Below, in pieces: positions 54,559 to 64,000 of a stretch of 64,000 nucleotides of DNA. Position numbers and translations under genes: made by a program. A model generated the notes under the pieces. The model made no database searches, had not been told where the DNA came from, and saw nothing but the letters and a program-made list of their open reading frames with translations. The stretch comes from Trichoplax sp. H2. Lineage: Eukaryota. Within the stretch, counting starts at the first letter, position 1. Each line of letters opens with the position of its first letter. The DNA lies in contig NOWV01000032.1 of the NCBI GenBank assembly GCA_003344405.1, positions 62,001 through 126,000 on the forward strand. Reading direction: 5' to 3'.

Positions 54559-57321
54559 GTCAAATACAAGCTGAATAGAAAGGTATAGCAGCCTCAATAC
54601 AAAGAAGATTGAAATCGTTCTTAGGCGATTAATGTCGGTAGGAGATTACAGCAATCAAAATATAAGGATCTAACAAAGAATCAAAATCCAGAACTAAATT
54701 GTATTAATTGAATAAACGATTCTTTCTACTCTAATGATCTCAATAAAAATCTAAATTATGCACGTACAGCAAACAGATTTATAAAGTTTTATTTAAGATT
54801 AACAAAAGTTTTGTATGAATGCTTAAGCATCCATGGTAACATAAAACGTCTAAATACGCATTAATTAAGTAAAACAATATCTTTAATCCATAAGCCACAG
54901 CTCTTAATTATAACAAGACTTGCTAGTAAGTATTTTATTAACATTCCTTAGCCTTTGTCATTATTAATTTATTCATGTAGTTATAGATTATAGTTTCAAA
55001 CAATATGTGAATGGTGAATCATCCATTTATCAATTATCCTATTCTAAATCAATAAGTGATGTGCAATATATTGTAATTAAGTAAACAATAACTGAGTCAA
55101 AGACATCCGTAAAATCCGGAGATTTGACCAAGATTTCTACAGTACTATAACCGCTTTTGTAGACAGTTAGCTAATTACCGTACATAGTAACAGTATAAAT
55201 TCATTAAGCTCAATATTTAGGTAACTGTACACCAAGGGTGTCATACTAAAAACTCTTTGTCCACTATTAATGGTGGATATTAGATTTTGGTTAAACAATA
55301 TTAATTAAGCGCTTTACAGAAATATTCAGTTTACTACATTTCTAATGTTATATATATATATAATTATAAAAGTTGAACTGAATCGTCTCTAAATGATAAT
55401 AACTTCTAATAACGAGACACCGTTAGAGCAATTAGCAGGTAGGATATCTGTCCTAAAGTCATTGAATGAATTCAGTCGGTCATTATTTAACTTTTGACTT
55501 GAACATAGGGTTACGGAGACGGAAACTTGAAATCAGAGACATAACTGAATAATGACACATATTGTTCGTATATCAACAGGCGTTACTGCTTGCTTTTCAT
55601 CTACTCGTAGTCAAATATAGATTATAATATCGCCCTACCCTATATTATGTTCACTATTAATATTCCTTGTTTGTAATCATTCATTGCTAGCTTAGCAAGT
55701 GGGAGTAGTTACAATACAATATACAAGCCGTTTAGATCACCTTTGCTGAATTGCAAAGGTACAGTACAAAGTTCTACAACTGATTTCTATTCTCTATTTG
55801 GTAATTGGCATTCTTGCCTCACTTCGTGTTATTGTTCAGTTTATATATACGTAACATATACACTCTTGCGATTGCTTTACTATCTTATAAAGCTACTCAG
55901 TTCTTCATAAAATAAATTGCTACTTTGCTAATAAAATCATTAGATAATAATCATGATAGCTAGGAATCCTGGTTTACCAATAATACGAATCTTCAATCAC
56001 AAAGATCCATTATGCCATTGATTATATTTTTATTGGTGTAGTCGTTACAGTCATTATACCTGCAATGGCCATTCAATTCTTAGATTCTAGGTAACTGCTT
56101 CAAGTTATTTTATTAAACTTAAGTAGACTGTAAATAGCGAAGGAAAATTAATAGCTCAACTTCTGAGTCTGCCATCTTATAAAATTGGCTTTATAGCTTT
56201 CTCACAGCAAAGAAAGAAGCATTTGCATTTTAAGTCTGCATATTAAATTAAATTTTAATAAAATTACTTTATCTGAGTACATCTGATATGTATCCTTTTA
56301 TACAATTTGATTATGTACATTTCGGTTAGTAAGAAATAAAGTTACTTTGACTATGGGATTTAAGATATCGCAGTAATAGCAAATTGAGCAACGCGACTAT
56401 GTAGCAAGAATCGTCAAATTCTGTAATCAAAAATTTTGTCTGATTCTTAGTTTAAATTCTATATTTGACTCATGAGTAAACCCACACAACGTGTTCTTCA
56501 ATTTATTTTTTATTACTGAAGTTATTTTATAATCAAGACTAAGAAAATTGCCCTAACCCATAATATTGAACACTTTTATTTCTAATAAATTAGCTGATAG
56601 TTTATTAATTACGTTTAAATTTAAATAGCAAACACATAAAACTATACTTGCATACATGTATATGATCTTTTCCATATAGAATAAGTGGCTTATTAGTGAA
56701 ACTCCGTACTAGGCCATATGCAGCGATGTGGCAAAATAATCATTGGATACAGTAAGAGTTTTGCATTATACGCTACCAATAGTATCAAAGACAGTATAAT
56801 CTCTTATTAAGAATTAAGAGTGCCCACCGTACAGGGGCTAATAAAATATGCACCCAATCTTAATAGTCTTTCTATCATGCAACCGTAGTATCTAGCATAA
56901 GCTTCTTTTACCTAAATTTTAAATTTACCATCGTTCCACTAACGTATAGTTAGCATTTATCAATTAAAATTGACACAGAGATTCAGTTTATGCTAAATAT
57001 ATTATCCGTTTTATTTCAGATATCTTTTGTACTATTGCTTTACTTTGGTGAGAAGGGTGTTGATTAAATTGATCTCGGGTAAATGCAAATATTACTGTCA
57101 TGATATTCAACTAAAGTATACAGAGTAAGCAAAACCAAGCAATTTTCAATATTTATCCAAATACAATCGTAAGCTTGGATAATATAGTAATTCTGCAAAC
57201 TAAAATTTACCCTTTTACACATCAAATTTCAACGTCAACTATGGTAGCCATTCTTAATTCAGATATTCGTTAAAGTCAGATAAATAAAAAAGAGTCATCA
57301 TATGCTTATAAATAATATCAT

Positions 57322-60300
57322 TTAAACTGCTGTACATTTTGATATGTTAGTAAGATCATCTGAATTGAATGAAAAATTAGACAACATTAGATTTCTGTTT
57401 AGTTCAAGTTCATCATAGTCATCATTTCTGATACCGTTGTAATCATTTTTATAATAATCAGACTGATGGCCTGAATGATTTAAGGTACTATTATGATTAT
57501 TAGAAAAATGGCGTTGATGGTGAAGGTTATTGGTACCTCTTGAACTAGCGTTATTACCAGTAGAGTTTGTATGATTATTACTATAATCTTGACTAAGATT
57601 CGAGGCACCGTTACAATTATTTAAAGAATTATTAGAAGATTTCGATAAAACTTTGGTGTAATTACGTTGTACTGAAGACCAGAATGCATTGGATGGCAAT
57701 CTTTTATATTCAGTTGCTCCGTTTAAATCGGATGCATATTGTTTATCTAAACCATCAGTACTACCGTAGGGGCTATCAGATATGGAAATTGTGACATCAG
57801 GTATATCAACTGGTAATAAATCTTGTAAATTATTAAACTGAATCGCATCATTTAAATCTAAATCATCATCAGTTGATCCGCAACTTGATCCAGACTTTTG
57901 TAAACGCAATCCAAGTGAACCAGTGCAGGAATCATTGGAATCTTCATGCTGTAATTTTAACTTAAATTGATGTTGATTACGAGTAGGTGAATAAGAGCCA
58001 CCATTAATATTATTGCTATTATTAGCCGAACCAGAATGGTAACGATCGTGAATTGTTGTCGGTGAATTATTAGCACTATTATAAGTTGATTGAACAATGG
58101 ATATTTTTTGGGGCGATTTAGGTGTGCCAATTGGCGTCGTACGAATCATGCGATGTAAAGGACGGCCAGGTTCAAAAGTTAATGGAGATGGCTGAAGATT
58201 GGAACCTGAAGTATTATAAATATTAAAACGTGATCCTTGCCGACGATTTGAAAGTAGTGGGTCTAGTGTCTGGCTTCGTTCGTCTGCTAAATCAAATGAA
58301 ATCATTTTGCTTAAGTATACTTTATGTTGCAATCAAGTCACATTTTTAGTCTATTTTTAAATAGTAGTAAATTTAGTACGCATTAAAACTAAATTTTATC
58401 TGAAGTTTCAGTTAATCCCTATTATCTCCTTATCTAAATTTAATTTGGACGTTTACAACTTGTTAAGTTTTTTAAACATTTGCTTCGAAATAATTATCGT
58501 AAATTTTTATAAATGATAAGTCAACATCGACATTTATAAATATTTCTATATAGTCTTTCAGTTGTTATACTACAGTAAATTCTATATTGGACGTATTATA
58601 TCGTAAAATTTATGAAATATTCAACACTCCTCTACATGTTTATTAGAGCTATATTTCTGATTGTTGCTTATATGAATTTTAACTATTAATAACAGTACAA
58701 AATTCAGCTCTGACCACATAAGACTTTGTAATTATTAGAATATTTCATATTATTCTGCTTCACTAACACTAGAGCTAATTTACAGCAATAAATAGCATTG
58801 ATTTATTTATATTGAATACAAGTATACATTTTTCGTTTCATTTGCAACATCTAAATTAAATTCAGGTGCAATGAATTCGTAACTCTGCATCTGCACATCC
58901 AGTAGGTATCGTATCGTAGCAACTTAAATCACTTTGATTGGTAATCCAATATTTTCTAATACTAGTTTACAATATAGTTATTGTGATTTAATTTCTTTAG
59001 TTTCTGTGATTAAGTGATACATCGATAGTAAATTGATCTCATACCTTCATCATCGTAAAAAACTCATAATAAGTATCTCATATTCATTAATGTGGATCAT
59101 TTCTATGTATTATTAGCATTATTAGCACCTATAGAAAATACTAATTGTTAGAATCGATTTTCTTACTATTATTGCGGTATTCAGACTGCAAATAGCCTTC
59201 ATCGTCTTCATGATGAACTTCTGCTATGCAGAAATCAGTTTCTTTACTAGACCGATTTGCAAGATAGAGGTTTATGTCCTGCACTTTCCCCGCATTATCC
59301 TACCGGTAATAATGTAAGATGAAATTTCCAGTTTTCAAAATTTACACTAGCTATTTTTATTCCTCAAATCCAAAAAGTATTTAAAAATTATAAACAATAA
59401 TAACTACGATAAAACTATTTTAAAATAAAGCAATTTACATCAATGCTCTCGAATATAAGGCCTGGCAAAGATCTTGATCTGTTATTTTCTCCTGATACAC
59501 TGCTGTCCGAGGGTTTAGCGGAAACTGCATGTTTCGATTTCTAATAAAATACAATTACTAGTTGAGCTAGATTATCAACAAGGCACGCAATCAAGCCTTT
59601 AGTAAGCGTAATTTCTGGAATAAGTACCAACAACATTTGCAATATTTAAAAAAATATTCGAATGAGCTACATATTACCATTTTATCTCTCTTTCGACTTC
59701 GGCGTAAACTAGGTCGAGGAATTTTAAATGAATGGCTATGAAAATGTTTTGATCTCCTATATCGCATAATTTAGAATGTACTATTTTTTAAATCTCTGAA
59801 CATACGTATCTTGTTGAGATAACACTTGGAGCTTATTTAGAGTATCTTATATTAAATTTGTACTAAATAAAACCTGCGCTGTAATGACTTAAAAATTATT
59901 AGATCAACCCATATAATAATGCTGTCTCGCTTTTCGTTCTTATTAATGTAATGGCAAGGCAAAAAAAATTGTAATAGTATTTTCTCTTACTGCTGCTTGG
60001 TAGGATATTCCGTCGGAATTTCCAAGTCTTTATGAGCCCCAGTTCGAATTGGTGTTCGGACAACATCGATAAAGCGATGAAAAAGAGATTTGGTTCTCTA
60101 AAATGATCATACCAAAAATGAAATGTTATAATCTTTTGTTGACGAAATATAACGAAATGATCAATAATTATCCAACTTACCATTCTAACTTGTTCATCCT
60201 CTTCTCTTAATTGCTGTTTCTTGTATCTTTTGTAATACTCATAAATGATTAAAGCAGCATAAATTTTACCAATAGTAAGATGCCTTGCTCCTATATCGAT

Positions 60301-63145
60301 AATTCAAAATGTGCTTATTTAGCAACTAAAAAATTGAATGGCGCTTATATGTTATTATATGTTATTATAGTTTGCAAGTTAATTTAAATACAACTACTAT
60401 CTCGGCAATTATCCCATCTCTCGATTTTAATGACATTATCAAAATCTCATATTTACATTTAATGCTAATTTTTCTATTGCACATTAAAATCATTTAACAC
60501 TATCAAATTATTCGATAAAAACTATAATACAATCAGCTTAATTAATAACCCAAGAACAAAAAGATCATCGCCTATTAGATCCCATAATTTAAAAATATCG
60601 AAACTGGCGGAGCAACATTAGTTATGCATAATAAAATTAAAATATCTTTTATAGAAATTTTGTCCATTAATGATCGTAGCTTCAATCACAGATAAAGCAT
60701 ATCGAGCTCACTTTTTAATACATTTTACTATTGTTATTTAAAGCTTCGTATAATCAGTGGAAATATGCTCTTCTCAACTTCTATTCGCACAATATTTAAA
60801 AAATTGAAATCTCTATATAACTTAAGCAGATATTGTTTGCTAGATATTCTCTACTCTACTTAACAAACAGAATGACAACGAACATAAAGAATTATTAATC
60901 CGGTATTTATAATTTACCCCAAATATTACAAAAGAATTACCCAGATTTAGAAAAAAGTATAAAATATCAAACACCTATTCAATCCCCATCACATTCTTCT
61001 ATAAGTTATATCCAAAAATATTGAAAGCTTAATATAGAACCAAAGCACTTTTAATAAACGATGATGCATAAATGATAATTAGCGAGCAGGCAGGAAATTT
61101 TAATTCCAAACCCTGTTATAGGTTAGCTAAGTGTATCGAGATGAATTACAGTAGTATATCATACAGTGCATTAACCAATATAAACAAAGAGGCGTAAGAG
61201 AATGAGGAAGAGCATAGTTTGAAGCTTTTTGTCGATGTTACATATAACTATTCACTAACGATCCAATTAATAATTTAGACCAACCATGTTCAACTTGTGG
61301 CAATATACGCTCTAGTGTTCTACTGGTAACTTGCGGCCATATTTTTCTAATGATCTGACACAACTCAGCATCAGCTTCATGTTGATCTGAATAGAATAAG
61401 ATTTCACGTGGATTTAAAGGCAGACCAACATCATTGTTATCCTATCAATTACTTAAATTCTGCTTTCACATTAAATTAATTATTAAAAAGCAAGCTTCTA
61501 AATTACATCGTATTTAAAAACTACTATTGAAATAAGATCGAAACGAAATTAATCGGAGCCTAAATAAGCTATGGCATTGAGTTTACGTTAAAACATCTTA
61601 CCAACCTTATATAGGCTACAAAGAATTTAATAATGTAGATAATAATTGTAACGGGGTCAGTAAGCCAATTTAAACAAAAATTTAATATACTATAGCACTT
61701 ACTATTATTTCTCTTATAACATAAAATAAAGCTGACGATCATACTAAAATCTACCATTCCAAATTAATATTGATGAAGTACTGGCGGTAGTAAGAAAGAA
61801 AATCGCCGAAAAATGGAATTGAATATGTTATAAACTAAAACACTGTCTTTAATTAAAATTACATTTTTTTAGAAATTAGTAATTTACCTTCTCGAACTTT
61901 AATTTTTAATGAAGTTCTTATTAAAGCAAAAAGTGTAGCCTTAAAGCGAATGGTATTATCGCCATTAATAGGAATTCCTAGTTTCATTAATCTCTATGAT
62001 TGATTAACAGAAATGGACGTAAGAAATTGTTTAAGCATTCATTTACGGAATCCATAGCTACAGAGATATGTAAATCTATAATTCATAACTTACTAATTTG
62101 CTACTACTTACTAACTTAAGGTACAAAGAACTAAGATTTTACTAAATGAAGCATCATATATTAAGAAATGTACATATTGTATATTAAATTTTAAATCTAG
62201 AATTTTTAGAAGATCAGAATTAATAATTGAGTGATGATAACAGTGGCAAAAGTCACCGTATAACAAATCCTGAAATTTATATTTATCTAAAATTAATTAT
62301 ATACAAGTATTTATGATTTATTTATATGACGTATTAGAAATCAACAAAATTTCTTATCTGCTTAAGTTAAGATCAACTAAAAATACGATCTAAAGCAAGT
62401 TCTCTGCTAAAATACGTTACTGCGCCATTTATAATAACTGCAATAATATATTGAACGTGAATCATAACATTGGGTGTAGCCTTGACGAATCGCTATATAT
62501 CATAATTACCCGATATGCTGTACGCATTGGGCAACTACTTCCAAAGCCAAGAGGAGGTGGAATACGACATAACATGGTACACAGCTCTTGATGTTTGATT
62601 CTACCGCTAAAGTGTTAAATTTAAATTATGAGTTTAACGTAATAAATGTGAAGTAGATCATAATCTCAATGCAAATTTGTATTAAACATGACTGAGTTAC
62701 CTTGCTTCAGGATCAAACTCCGCCCAGGTATGTAAGAAATGATCCAAATGATATGGACCAAGTATAGACTTATCACGTGTTAAATACTTAAAATTATCCA
62801 TGATTACAGCCACAAATAAATTCAACATCTGCAAAATTTTCAGAAATAACGAAAATATCGTTGTAGCAATGTATTGTTTTCAAATTAAATTATATACTTA
62901 GTCGAAATATATGAAACTATAATATTGTGTATCTGTTATGTTACATGTATTGCAGAATTTTTATCTCTATACGGATAATAATGAATTGAAGTGAGCTAAT
63001 TACCAAAAAAGTAGACAAAAAGACGAATATAACAAAGTATGGATATGCAACATAAGATCCACAGTCGGGAAATTTTGTGGAACATTTTGCTCGACCAGGT
63101 AAACAGGCTAGCATAACTTCAGGCCAGTTTTCACCAGTAGAACAT
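57322..63145 (-). CDS. Cav2: Voltage-gated calcium channel alpha-1 subunit, Cav2 type: 3' part (domain IV pore, IVS6, EF-hand, IQ-like region, distal C-terminus); 5' part lies beyond the window
   Basis: Exons: 63145-63004 ([14 protein letters not shown]...[14 protein letters not shown]), 62828-62701 ([27 protein letters not shown]...WAEFDPEA), 62606-62510 (PPPLGFG..CP), 61993-61888 ([16 protein letters not shown]), 61386-61285 and 60290-60181. The last of these reads [16 protein letters not shown], matching the Cav2 GKIYAA pattern rather than Cav1 GKFYAT..IQ. Less certain exons follow at 60097-59991, about 59735-59678, about 59540-59439 and 59299-59167. The final exon 58286-57322 ends NISKCTAV*. 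Confidence 0.9.
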
Positions 63146-64000
63146 CTATCCGCAAGAAATTTATAATATACAGAAGTTAAGAATGATATTAACATATCCA
63201 CTACTCTTTTCGTATATATTTTAGACAGTAGTCATACTGCTTACAATATTCAACATATACATTTCTATTCCAATATAACGTGAACTATTGAGATAACACT
63301 TTAATAAATATGTCTTTTTATATTAAGCGTATGTATGTATTTTTTTAAAGGAAATCACGGTAAAATAAGGGTGTCCGAATTGCAAGAGTAACAACAAGGA
63401 TAAATAATACTACTTCGTTGCAATTATTTGCAAATACCGTATCACGGTATTTTTTAATTGCGCATATAACCAGCACTGCTAATCGGTAAGGTACGCTAAA
63501 TATTTAAACACTAAAGAGTTGATAGTTCTTACAGTGATTATATCTAAAATCAGACAACTAAATTGTAGTTTTAGAAGTGTTTCACATAAATCGATACCGT
63601 AATTTAGCAACTGCACTATGTTATATCTGTATAGAGTGATGCAATCATACATGATGTAAACCTTCAATATGTATGGAACGAGCATTCGAAACATTAGCAT
63701 CCTATAAGAACTCTACTTGGCATGAATGGATCATTTCTTGAACTACTGAAATGTAGACGTTAACTAAGCAAGCTCTTATATAGCTCTCTTTACCTTACAA
63801 TAAATACAGCCCTTTGTTTATAATTACATCTAGTACGGTTGAAATTAGAGCTAAAACTTGCTATATCTGCGAAGTTTTGATTTCCAATGCAGCTACTGAG
63901 AAAGGATGCTTAACAAGCTACATCTCTATCTTAATTGTAACTCTAAACTACGGCTATTAGTTAAGTAGTACATCTAATCTGTAGATAATTTTACTGCTAT

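Noticed and set aside
59040..59130. Possible extra Cav2 exon with AG and GTATG sites
   Set aside because: The strong acceptors give stops in the needed frame, and exon 59299-59167 already splices in phase to the terminal exon.
63479..63700. 73-aa minus-strand ORF upstream of the first visible Cav2 exon
   Set aside because: It has no similarity to the expected domain IV S5-pore sequence and is treated as intronic.

Overview
AT-rich, intron-dense animal genomic DNA; the low GC, short introns and channel sequences suggest an early-branching metazoan, possibly a placozoan (inference). All recognisable genes are on the minus strand. From left to right: a complete 4-exon MBOAT7/LPIAT1 gene (232-2535), then four intact TRPA1-like ankyrin-repeat ion channel genes (A 3992-11801, B 15490-25317, C 28560-39445, D 42611-54558). 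I traced 26 coding exons with matching intron positions in each copy. A truncated two-exon TRPA pseudogene fragment (26679-27114) lies between B and C. The window ends with the 3' part of a Cav2-type voltage-gated calcium channel gene (57322-63145, continuing beyond the window). Non-coding items are a 2x201-bp tandem repeat inside a 13-bp direct-repeat-flanked insertion and a near-identical duplication across a 20-N gap. The main interest is how the TRPA paralogs diverge: reactive cysteines, the S1-S2 extracellular loop, C-terminal tails and paralog-specific GC-AG introns, all directly downstream of Cav2. Exons were called by eye and need RNA-seq confirmation.
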